DNA of 64,000 bases, from the sequence record NC_049462.1. One strand, written 5' to 3'. The notes beneath the pieces were generated by a model, which saw only the letters and a program-made list of their open reading frames with translations, did not search any database and was not told the origin of the DNA. Position numbers and translations under genes: made by a program. Positions within the stretch are counted from its first letter, which is position 1; every line of letters starts with the position of its first letter. Source of the stretch: Klebsiella phage Magnus. Positions 9,134 to 17,521 of the stretch are shown here, piece by piece.

Positions 9134-10363
9134 ATGAAAGATAAACCGTCAGACATCCAATATTGCGGTGTCCGTGAAGATAAAATCAAAACAGCTGATC
9201 CTGTCCTCAGCCCTTTCCATCGCAAGCTGTCCTATGATTGGATGAATGAACGTTACAAAATCCACGTAAGAAAGGACGTCCAGAGTCTTCCTGCTCCCTG
9301 GACGGAAAATGAGATACTACGGCAGGTCAAGTTTTGTAACGTCCGGAGAGAGCACGACAGGCAGTCTCAGCACCTCATCCGGAATATCGTTGATAATAAG
9401 AACCTGACTCTGGCGGACAAGATGTTCAACTGCCTTCTGTTCCGTATGTTCAATATGTGGGATCCCATCCAGCATGTTCTAGAAGGTCCGGTCTCCATCA
9501 ATGATTTCCGTAATATCAATTTGGACCGAACTCGTGAACGATTTGCGGACTTTGACAAAAAAGGCGGCGTGACGTTCACTAATGCTTTCAACACAGGCGG
9601 CTTGAAGCAATGCCTGGCTTTTCCTGAACTGGCCGTGACTGGTAAGCCAGCCAGCCCCAGCAAAATGATGGTGAAAGTATTTGAGAAAGAAGGGCCGATG
9701 AAGTTTTATGTCGGGGAAATGAAATACAAAGATGCCAAGACTCTGGCCGAAGCAAATCCGGAAACAGTTGTGATCGAAGGCTGGGAACCGCATATGGGAA
9801 TGCGTGTTGTCCGATTCCTGAAAGCGTTTGTTACCCATAATCCTCATTTCTTCCATGCGTTGTTGGGGTTCAATTCACCACTATCTGTTTATGAAGAACT
9901 GCTTAACAAAGTTGAAGGCCTCGGTCCATTCTTGGCATATCAGATTTGGGTTGACTTCACATACAATCCGGATTATCCGTTCAGTGAAAACCATTTCACT
10001 ATCGCCGGGCCGGGGTGCCGCGCCGGGATTGATCTGTTGTTCCTGGACAAAGATGGTATGACCCACGAAGAGTGTATCTTCTGGCTCCGTGATAACCAGG
10101 ATCAGGTCTACGGGCAATATGGTTATGTTCGTGAACAATTCTGGTCGGCTGAAGCACCGGAAGATCAATGCATGAACGTCATGCAGCTGGAAAATATGTT
10201 CTGTGAACTGAGCAAATATACCCGTTGTGTCGAGGCTGTCATGCGTGGTGAGAAGCCTCGTGGTAAGGTTGGATATGACGGAAGCGGCGATTATAAAAAG
10301 CGTTGCGACGAAGTTGTTCTCAACCGTGGTTCTGTCAATCTTCTGGAAAGGATGAAGAAATGA
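9134..10363 (+). CDS. Hypothetical protein (409 aa).
   Basis: Strong SD AGAGGA. No motif I can assign; conserved-looking block GPFLAYQIWVDFTYNPDYPF. Confidence 0.5.
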   Translation: MKDKPSDIQYCGVREDKIKTADPVLSPFHRKLSYDWMNERYKIHVRKDVQSLPAPWTENEILRQVKFCNVRREHDRQSQHLIRNIVDNKNLTLADKMFNCLLFRMFNMWDPIQHVLEGPVSINDFRNINLDRTRERFADFDKKGGVTFTNAFNTGGLKQCLAFPELAVTGKPASPSKMMVKVFEKEGPMKFYVGEMKYKDAKTLAEANPETVVIEGWEPHMGMRVVRFLKAFVTHNPHFFHALLGFNSPLSVYEELLNKVEGLGPFLAYQIWVDFTYNPDYPFSENHFTIAGPGCRAGIDLLFLDKDGMTHEECIFWLRDNQDQVYGQYGYVREQFWSAEAPEDQCMNVMQLENMFCELSKYTRCVEAVMRGEKPRGKVGYDGSGDYKKRCDEVVLNRGSVNLLERMKK

Positions 10364-10700
10364 GTTGGAAATTATTCAAGTTACGCAAAGCCACAGATGA
10401 ATTTCTACTGGAAGCTCGTATGCAAGGTCGTCTTGTGTACACGCCTTATCCAGGAACCACGCGCTTTTGCAATACGTTAAGAAAACAGAATTCTGTTTCT
10501 GGCCCTAGAAGATTGATGAACCAGGGAATGTTGGCATACAACTCTGGGGATACCCGGCCTTGTGACGGTGGGAAGATAATCTGAACCAATATGATACTGG
10601 AATAAAGTTTTCAATAACTGTAATCGGGGTATATTGACCTCACTTTAACGAAGCGCCTCAACCGGGGCGCACATTTGAACTGAAACAGGAAGACTATATC

Positions 10701-12731
10701 ATGTCAGATTTTAAACCCTTCGCAGTTGCTGTAAAGAATCAAATCACCGCGATGTCCAGCAATGGCCTGTACATGACTTCGGTTGACAAAGACGCCCTGT
10801 GGGATCTGTATCTGTCGTCTTTCCCGGAAGGCACCAACAACATCTACCGTGAGCGCACCGAGCACGATTGCACCTGCTGCAAGCAATTCATCCGTAATAT
10901 CGGCGGCGTCGTATCGATTGACGCTGATCTGAACCTGGTCACTGTGTGGGACAGTGTTAATCTGGGCAACGAATATGACGTGGTGGCAGCGGCGCTGGCC
11001 AAGTATGTCAAGCAGCACAATATCGTGGGCGTATACTTCAACGATTCGTCTAAAGTCGGCGTTGAAAGCAACCATGAAATGGGTGAAAACGGTAAAGTCC
11101 GCACCTACAACCATTTCCACGCAACGCTGGAAGGCAAATTTGTTCTCCGCGCCGATACTATCGCATCCAGAAAAGGTGAAATCTGGCAGTCGATTGAAGT
11201 CTTTGAGCGCGGGTTGCGTGAACTGACTCTGGAATCGGCTGAGATCGTACTGGAACTCATCGACCAGAACTCCCTGTATCGTGGCGAAGAGCATCGTGCT
11301 GCTATCCAGAGCTTTATCCAAAGCAAAAATGAATACGCACAAATTCCGTCGACTCTGAAACAACTCTGGGCTTGGCGTACTGGCTGGATGTCGAATAACC
11401 ATAAGCCGTTCGGCATCCGAAATAACGTCATCGGCACGTTATTAATCGATCTGTCTGGTGGCGTGGATCTGGAAAAGGCGGTTAAGTCATTTGAAACCAA
11501 AGTGGCACCGACCAACTACCGCCGCCCGACTGCTCTGGTGACTAAGGGTATGATCGAGCAAGCGCAGAAAAAAGTTGCTGAACTCGGCCTGACCGACTCG
11601 CTCGGACGCCGCTTTGCCACCTACGACGACCTGACCATCAACAACGTTCTGTTCGCTGATTTGGCTGCGCAGAAGGCGATGGATCCGTTTGCCCAGCTGG
11701 CTCAGGAAGTGAAAGTGTCGGAGAAATCCCTGGGTAAAATCGAAGAGATCAGTGCCGACGACTTTGTCAAAAACGTACTGCCGAAGGCGCATTCTATGGA
11801 AGTCCTCTTTGAGGGTTCCCATACTGGTAATCTGATGTCGTTGGTGGCACCGCAAACTGCAGGCGCACCTGGCCTCTTCAAATGGAATAACAACTTCTCC
11901 TGGTCATATAATGGTGAAGTTGCCGATTCCATCAAAGAGCGCGTGAAGGCCGCTGGCGGTAATGTGGATTCGTTCCTGCGTGTGTCTCTGGCCTGGTTCA
12001 ACAACGATGACCTGGACCTGCACATGTATACACCGCAGCGTGAACATATCTACTTCCACACTCGCGAATCCCGTTCTACGGGCGCCAAGCTGGACGTTGA
12101 TATGAACGGCATGGATGGTATCAACGCAGAACGCAAGCCCGTTGAGAACATCTTCTTCAGCGATGAAAGCAAGCTGAAAGACGGTGTGTATCAGTTCGTG
12201 GTGGACAATTATAACCAACGTGAAACTATCGACACCGGGTTTATCATCGAAGTCGAATACAAAGGTGATCTGAAGCGCTATTCCTGCGAAAAAGGTCTGA
12301 AGCAGAAACAGCAGTTCGCGGTAGTTGAACTTCATGTCAAAAATGGCAAAGTCGTTGACGTTCAGACTCCACTGACGCCGACTGCTGGCGTTGAGACTGA
12401 AGTATGGGGCATCCGTACACAGAACTTCCAGAAAGTGCAGCTGGTTCTGAACTCACCGAACCATTGGGATGGTGAACAGACAGGCAACCGCCACTTGTTC
12501 TTTATCCTGGAAGGCTGTGTGAACCCGGTCGGAACCCGCGGATTCTACAACGAATATCTGAAGCCGGAACTGGCACCGCATGGTAAGGTTTTTGAAATGC
12601 TTGGCGCTAAAATGAAAACAGCACCAAGTGATAACCAACTGAGCGGCCTGGGCTTCTCTTCCACTCAGCGCAACCATGTTCTGGTGAAGGTAAGTGGCTC
12701 GTTCAACCGTGTAGTCAAAGTCGTCTTTTAA
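10701..12731 (+). CDS. Hypothetical protein (676 aa).
   Basis: Strong SD and high-GC codon usage like the core genes. N-terminal Cys cluster HDCTCCKQF. No family recognised. Confidence 0.5.
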   Translation: MSDFKPFAVAVKNQITAMSSNGLYMTSVDKDALWDLYLSSFPEGTNNIYRERTEHDCTCCKQFIRNIGGVVSIDADLNLVTVWDSVNLGNEYDVVAAALAKYVKQHNIVGVYFNDSSKVGVESNHEMGENGKVRTYNHFHATLEGKFVLRADTIASRKGEIWQSIEVFERGLRELTLESAEIVLELIDQNSLYRGEEHRAAIQSFIQSKNEYAQIPSTLKQLWAWRTGWMSNNHKPFGIRNNVIGTLLIDLSGGVDLEKAVKSFETKVAPTNYRRPTALVTKGMIEQAQKKVAELGLTDSLGRRFATYDDLTINNVLFADLAAQKAMDPFAQLAQEVKVSEKSLGKIEEISADDFVKNVLPKAHSMEVLFEGSHTGNLMSLVAPQTAGAPGLFKWNNNFSWSYNGEVADSIKERVKAAGGNVDSFLRVSLAWFNNDDLDLHMYTPQREHIYFHTRESRSTGAKLDVDMNGMDGINAERKPVENIFFSDESKLKDGVYQFVVDNYNQRETIDTGFIIEVEYKGDLKRYSCEKGLKQKQQFAVVELHVKNGKVVDVQTPLTPTAGVETEVWGIRTQNFQKVQLVLNSPNHWDGEQTGNRHLFFILEGCVNPVGTRGFYNEYLKPELAPHGKVFEMLGAKMKTAPSDNQLSGLGFSSTQRNHVLVKVSGSFNRVVKVVF

Positions 12732-12766
12732 GTTAAAATACAACCGAATTCATAGAGGATACAAAA

Positions 12767-13138
12767 ATGTTTGATAAAGCAACCCGTCTGAAACTGCGTT
12801 TCAACTCCAACAAAGGCATGCTGTCCGTTGAGCAGGTGTGGGATCTGAGCCTGACTGCTCTGAACGAAATGGCGAAAGGTCTGAACCGCGAACTGAAAGC
12901 TGCTGCGGTTGACGATGAAGATTTCATCGGTAACAATACCGCTGTTGATTCTCAGCTGCAACTGCGCTTTGACATCGTCAAAAGCATCATCAGCACCAAG
13001 CTGAAAGAGCGCGACGACACCCTGTCCGCTGCAGAAAAACGTGAGCACAACCAGGCCATCCTGGAACTCATCAAGAAGAAACAGCAGGAAGAGCTGGCGG
13101 GCAAATCTGTTGAAGAACTGCAAGCCCTGCTGAAATAA
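12767..13138 (+). CDS. Hypothetical protein (123 aa). Its last ~11 codons are duplicated downstream of nadV.
   Basis: SD AGAGGA. C-terminus ...SVEELQALLK. Confidence 0.5.
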   Translation: MFDKATRLKLRFNSNKGMLSVEQVWDLSLTALNEMAKGLNRELKAAAVDDEDFIGNNTAVDSQLQLRFDIVKSIISTKLKERDDTLSAAEKREHNQAILELIKKKQQEELAGKSVEELQALLK

Positions 13139-13182
13139 ATCCGTCAACTCCGGTATTAACAACCCCGCCCTGTGCGGGGTTT
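13102..13182 (+). repeat. Direct repeat copy 1: 33-nt core plus terminator hairpin.
   Basis: caaatCtgttgaagaactgcaagccctgctgaa (13102-13134), then 26 nt, then aaccccgccCtgtgcggggttt (13161-13182). Confidence 0.8.
13161..13182 (+). terminator. Rho-independent terminator.
   Basis: aaccccgcc-ctgt-gcggggtt followed by T-rich sequence. Confidence 0.7.
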
Positions 13183-13236
13183 CAATTTGTGTATCGCAGT
13201 ATAATACATATGTAAACTAAACTATGGGGCTACGTT

Positions 13237-14091
13237 ATGTTTCGTTTGAGATTGAACGACCAAGATGTGTTCTACAAACACTTCACCTTTCCGGGCGGTG
13301 AGGAACATATCAAGATTCAAAAGGCGGGTATCCCTGTTGGTAAAATCCAGACAGTGGTAATTGACGCCCACATTAAATCGTCAGCAGACTTCATTGAGCT
13401 GGCACTGTTGGTGAATGCCGTGCGCGGCCTGGGTAATGTCGACCGACTGACAACATTTCATGCTTATATCCCTTATTTTCCATATGCCCGTCAGGATCGT
13501 CATTGCGACTTTGGTGAACCTCTTTCGGTGAAGTGGGCAGCAGAGTTCATCAATAGTATGAACTTTGACCGTGTGGCTATCAAAGACCCTCACAGCCATG
13601 TTGTGTCTTCTTTGATCAACAACGTCCATGTTGTCCCGCAAGATTACATTGCTCGCCAGTACCTGGGATGGTTCATCCGTGGAAACAACGCTGTGTTAGT
13701 AGCCCCTGACGGTGGCGCGGCGAAGAAGACTGAAACCCTCAGCCTATCGCTGGATGGCGTTCCTGTTGTCTACGGACATAAGAACCGCGACACCAAGACA
13801 GGCGAGATCATTGGGGTGAGTATTACAAACCCTGAACTGATCAAAGACCGCTATCTGGTTGTGGTAGATGATATCTGTGACGGCGGGCGAACGTTTGTTG
13901 AGCTGGGCAAAGAGCTTCAGAAGCACGAGCCTAAGCACATGACCCTCTTCGTTACCCACGGCATTTTCAGCAAAGGCCTCTCTGTGTTCGACGGGATCTA
14001 CGATGCTGTGTATGCCGACACTGTCTGGTGGGAGAACATCACTGCCGACGGTCTTCCATTCAAAACTGAAAATACAGGACGTGTAAAATGA
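13237..14091 (+). CDS. prs: Ribose-phosphate pyrophosphokinase family protein (Prs-like; alternatively an ADPR-PP synthetase of NARP1 type).
   Basis: PRPP synthetase motifs: FPYARQDRH (PP-binding loop), LVVVDDICDGGRTF (PRPP-binding site). 284 aa. Confidence 0.75.
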   Translation: MFRLRLNDQDVFYKHFTFPGGEEHIKIQKAGIPVGKIQTVVIDAHIKSSADFIELALLVNAVRGLGNVDRLTTFHAYIPYFPYARQDRHCDFGEPLSVKWAAEFINSMNFDRVAIKDPHSHVVSSLINNVHVVPQDYIARQYLGWFIRGNNAVLVAPDGGAAKKTETLSLSLDGVPVVYGHKNRDTKTGEIIGVSITNPELIKDRYLVVVDDICDGGRTFVELGKELQKHEPKHMTLFVTHGIFSKGLSVFDGIYDAVYADTVWWENITADGLPFKTENTGRVK

Positions 14092-15740
14092 GCATGCGCC
14101 ACTTAGATCCAATCCATGCAATCGACTTCTACAAATCAGGGCACATCTATCAATTTCCTGAAGGTAGCGAGCTGGTGTTCTCCAACGGAACTCCACGCTC
14201 CAACAAACTGTTCAACTCCCACCTGCCGAAGAACGGCGTGGTGGTCTGGGGTATCCAGGGCTTCATGACCTGGTTCCACGAACTGTTTGATGAAGCGTTC
14301 TTCCAGCGCCCAAAGGCCAAGGTGCTGAAGAAGTATGCCCGTCGAATGAACAAAGTTCTCGGACCAGGCCGCGTTGGGACAGAGCATATCGAAGCCCTGC
14401 ACGACCTCGGCTACCTGCCTATCGAAGTCCGCGCTCTACCCGAAGGCACCATGTGCCCGTATGGTGTTCCAGTATATGTGATGTTCAACACCTTGCCGGA
14501 GTTCTACTGGCTGACCAACTATCTGGAGACGGTGTTCAGCTCTGAGATCTGGAAGCCGATGACGAACGCAACCATTGCCCTGCATTACAAGGCGCTGATG
14601 GTGAAAGCCGCTATCGCTACAGGCGTGTCGCCGGACCATTGGTTCATCGACTACCAAGGCCACGACTTCTCCTTCCGTGGTATGAGCGGGTGGCATGACG
14701 CGGCGTCTTCCGGTTCTGGCCATCTGGTGTTCTTCAAAGGCACCGACACCAACCCTGCCCTGGACTTCGTTGAAGAGTATTATGGCGCGGATATCGATGA
14801 AGACTATGTCGTTGCTGGCTCTGTTGCAGCCACCGAACACGCCGTGATGTGCATGGGCACGAAAGATGGCGAATTCGAAACCTTCCGCCGCCTGGTACAG
14901 GACGTGTATCCTGATGGCATCGTCAGTATCGTTTCTGATGCATGGGATTACTGGCAGGTCATCGACGACTATCTGCCGCGCCTCAAAGATATCATCATGG
15001 CGCGTAATGGCAAAGTTGTGATCCGCCCCGACTCTGGTGACCCAGTGCATATCGTCGGTGGTTATCGCGTCGAAGAATTTTGCAATGAGCAGGATTTTTA
15101 CGATAACGACCCACGTGAAGAAACTGAAGTTATCTATCTCAAAGAAGAAAACAGATACCATATTCTGGAACAATATCAGTTTAATCAGATCGGGGAAGAG
15201 ATTTCTCGTTCAGAAGCGGTCGGTTCTATCCAGCGCCTATGGGAGATCTTTGGCGGAACCCAGACCGAAACGGGCCACTTCCTGTTGGATGAGCATATCG
15301 GCCTGATCTACGGTGATTCCATTACCCTGAGCCGTGAAGATCAGATCTTTGCTCGTCTGGCTGAACGTAATTTCGCTTCCATCAACGTAGTGTTCGGTAT
15401 CGGTTCCTATACTTACCAGATGAACACCCGTGATAGTACCGGGACGGCGGTGAAAGCAACGGCTGGGAAGGTCAACGGTGAATTCCGTGAGATTTTCAAA
15501 GAACCGAAGACTGACAAAGGTGGTACGAAGAAATCTGCGCGTGGTTTCCTTAAAGTCATTAAAGACTCTCAGGGTAAACTAGTGTTGGTTGACGGTATCA
15601 CCTTTGATCAGGTGCAAGACGCCGACAACCAGCACCAGCTGGTGTATCGTGATGGCAAGTTCTTCAACACCCAAACTCTGGAAGAAGCGCGTTTTCGTGC
15701 CGCTCCTCTGGTGGAAGAATTGGCATCACAAATATGTTGA
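14088..15740 (+). CDS. nadV: Nicotinamide phosphoribosyltransferase family protein (NadV/NAMPT-like; alternatively a Namat).
   Basis: NAMPT-family features: N-terminus DFYKSGH, GTEHIEALHDLGYLP, RPDSGDP, YGDSIT. Start overlaps the prs stop (ATGA). 550 aa. Confidence 0.75.
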   Translation: MSMRHLDPIHAIDFYKSGHIYQFPEGSELVFSNGTPRSNKLFNSHLPKNGVVVWGIQGFMTWFHELFDEAFFQRPKAKVLKKYARRMNKVLGPGRVGTEHIEALHDLGYLPIEVRALPEGTMCPYGVPVYVMFNTLPEFYWLTNYLETVFSSEIWKPMTNATIALHYKALMVKAAIATGVSPDHWFIDYQGHDFSFRGMSGWHDAASSGSGHLVFFKGTDTNPALDFVEEYYGADIDEDYVVAGSVAATEHAVMCMGTKDGEFETFRRLVQDVYPDGIVSIVSDAWDYWQVIDDYLPRLKDIIMARNGKVVIRPDSGDPVHIVGGYRVEEFCNEQDFYDNDPREETEVIYLKEENRYHILEQYQFNQIGEEISRSEAVGSIQRLWEIFGGTQTETGHFLLDEHIGLIYGDSITLSREDQIFARLAERNFASINVVFGIGSYTYQMNTRDSTGTAVKATAGKVNGEFREIFKEPKTDKGGTKKSARGFLKVIKDSQGKLVLVDGITFDQVQDADNQHQLVYRDGKFFNTQTLEEARFRAAPLVEELASQIC

Positions 15741-15810
15741 AGAACTGCAAGCCCTGCTGAATAGCCAGCTGCCTTCGGCGCGATAATGAACCCCGCCATG
15801 TGCGGGGTTT
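15729..15810 (+). repeat. Direct repeat copy 2: 33-nt core (1 mismatch) plus terminator hairpin (1 mismatch).
   Basis: caaatAtgttgaagaactgcaagccctgctgaa (15729-15761), then 27 nt, then aaccccgccAtgtgcggggttt (15789-15810). Confidence 0.8.
15789..15810 (+). terminator. Rho-independent terminator after nadV.
   Basis: Hairpin aaccccgccatgtgcggggttt + attttag. Confidence 0.7.
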
Positions 15811-15826
15811 ATTTTAGGTGAAGAAT

Positions 15827-16204
15827 ATGAAACCAGTTATTTGTGATTATTGTGGGAAGGCAGCGATACTCGTTAGTGGCGACGCAATATACCCCCACCG
15901 CCCGGATCTTAACCACCTTCAATTCTGGGCTTGTGAGCCTTGCGATGCAAGAGTCGGTTGCCATCCTAACACAGGGGGCATTCCCCTCGGGAGCCTGGCT
16001 AATGCCGAATTGCGCAAAGCGAGAAACAAGGCGCATAACTGTTTTGATCCTCTTTGGAGAGAAGGTGGTATGAGCCGTGGACAGGCATACCAATGGCTGT
16101 CTGAACAACTCGGTCTACCGAAGTCCAAATGTCATATAGGACAATTCGATATCCACACGTGCACAAAAGTCGTTGGCTTGTGCAGCCTTTATTGGAGTAT
16201 GTAA
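15827..16204 (+). CDS. Zinc-finger domain protein (DUF3268-like).
   Basis: CDYCG...CEPCDARVGCHPNTGGIPLGSLA...HNCFDPLW. Resembles the zinc-finger-containing domain family common in phages and prophages. AT-richer than neighbouring genes. Confidence 0.55.
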   Translation: MKPVICDYCGKAAILVSGDAIYPHRPDLNHLQFWACEPCDARVGCHPNTGGIPLGSLANAELRKARNKAHNCFDPLWREGGMSRGQAYQWLSEQLGLPKSKCHIGQFDIHTCTKVVGLCSLYWSM

Positions 16205-16957
16205 ATGTCTAACAGAACTGGTATTAAACTCAATCCAGAAATCCTTAAATCCCATATCGCGGAAGTTATCTATGAAGACCGCGAAGTGGGAGGGCATCGT
16301 GTTATCACTTGCCATTTGAAAATGGATAACGGATTTGTCGTTTGGGGAAAGGATAGCTCAACATCTATTGACCCCAAAAATTTCGATGAAGAATTGGGCA
16401 AGAAATTGGCATACGATAAGACTTTCTCTCAATTGTGGGAACTGGAAGCATATCGGGCTATGGTTGTCCAAGATTTCATTGGTAAGACAACTGAAGAACC
16501 GTTTATAAAACTTGAAGATTATATTGAAGAAAGTAAGACAATGCAAGTATCCGGTTGGGACTATCGGAATGGTGTAGCCACCGCATATTCTATTAGATCA
16601 ATTAAAAGAAGTAAATTTGGATTGTTGGATTACATCAGCATTTGTCTTTACAAAACTGATAATAAAAAACATGATGATATCAATAATTCGAAAGAAATAC
16701 AGAAAGCAAAGGATTTCATCAGATCTTATATGAATCACACTGAAATTAATAGCCAGTTTGTAATTCATATCGCAAAACTTTGTTGGGCTGCTCGGTCAGC
16801 GGTTGTGGACACTACACCTTCTTGGGAAGATTCTAAAGAAACAGATCGCCAAGATATGTGCGAAACGGTTAAAAAATTACTGTTATCCCCCAGCGATTAT
16901 CAACCAAAAGATAATTTGTTGAAATTGTTTTGGGCGATTGTGTCCCAATTCCGATAA
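16205..16957 (+). CDS. Hypothetical protein. The N-terminal ~110 aa resemble the phage Gp49/Gp66-like family.
   Basis: ITCHLKMDNGFVVWGKDSSTSIDPKNFDEELGKKLAY pattern. AT-rich; C-terminal half unrelated. Confidence 0.4.
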   Translation: MSNRTGIKLNPEILKSHIAEVIYEDREVGGHRVITCHLKMDNGFVVWGKDSSTSIDPKNFDEELGKKLAYDKTFSQLWELEAYRAMVVQDFIGKTTEEPFIKLEDYIEESKTMQVSGWDYRNGVATAYSIRSIKRSKFGLLDYISICLYKTDNKKHDDINNSKEIQKAKDFIRSYMNHTEINSQFVIHIAKLCWAARSAVVDTTPSWEDSKETDRQDMCETVKKLLLSPSDYQPKDNLLKLFWAIVSQFR

Positions 16958-17021
16958 CAAAACCGGGTTCAATATACGTTCGGGCATATAATATCCTAGT
17001 GTTAAACAGTGGAGAAGATTT

Positions 17022-17378
17022 ATGTCGATCAAAATGAAAGGTGCCGAGTTTAAAGCATACTACGATGACTCAGAGTATTGGGTTCAGGATGCTTGGCATG
17101 ATTATCACAACATAAAGGTTAATGGCGAATATATTGAAGATATTGAAACTGAGAATATTCCCGACGACGCTGATGTGGTTATTGAGTCGGGGATAGTTTA
17201 TATTCCCATCAGAAGTGAATCCGGTTATGAAGAAAAAGAAATCCAACTGGTCACACACTTCAAGAACTGGCGCAAACTGCAGAAATTTTCTACTATCGTT
17301 GTCGTAGTTGAGAAAGACAAAGCTGAAGAAATTATAGCCTCAATTAAAACGATGCCGGGCGTCAATACCGTCAAGTGA
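17022..17378 (+). CDS. Hypothetical protein.
   Basis: ORF with SD GGAGAAG; acidic. Confidence 0.4.
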   Translation: MSIKMKGAEFKAYYDDSEYWVQDAWHDYHNIKVNGEYIEDIETENIPDDADVVIESGIVYIPIRSESGYEEKEIQLVTHFKNWRKLQKFSTIVVVVEKDKAEEIIASIKTMPGVNTVK

Positions 17379-17521
17379 GGCGATAATGGATTCCTGTCTA
17401 TTAGATCCCGAGAACGTTCTTGTGGTTGAAATTGAAAACAACAAGCCGTTCATTTTGAAAATGTTGGAGAAGGATAATAATCCTGAAACCAATCCTAAAC
17501 TATCCCAAAAGGGGAATAACG

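Noticed and set aside
9134-10363. Assignment of the 409-aa protein as an alpha-glutamyl/putrescinyl-thymine pyrophosphorylase.
   Set aside because: Only contextual reasoning; I cannot recall diagnostic motifs, so it is left as hypothetical (discussed in findings).
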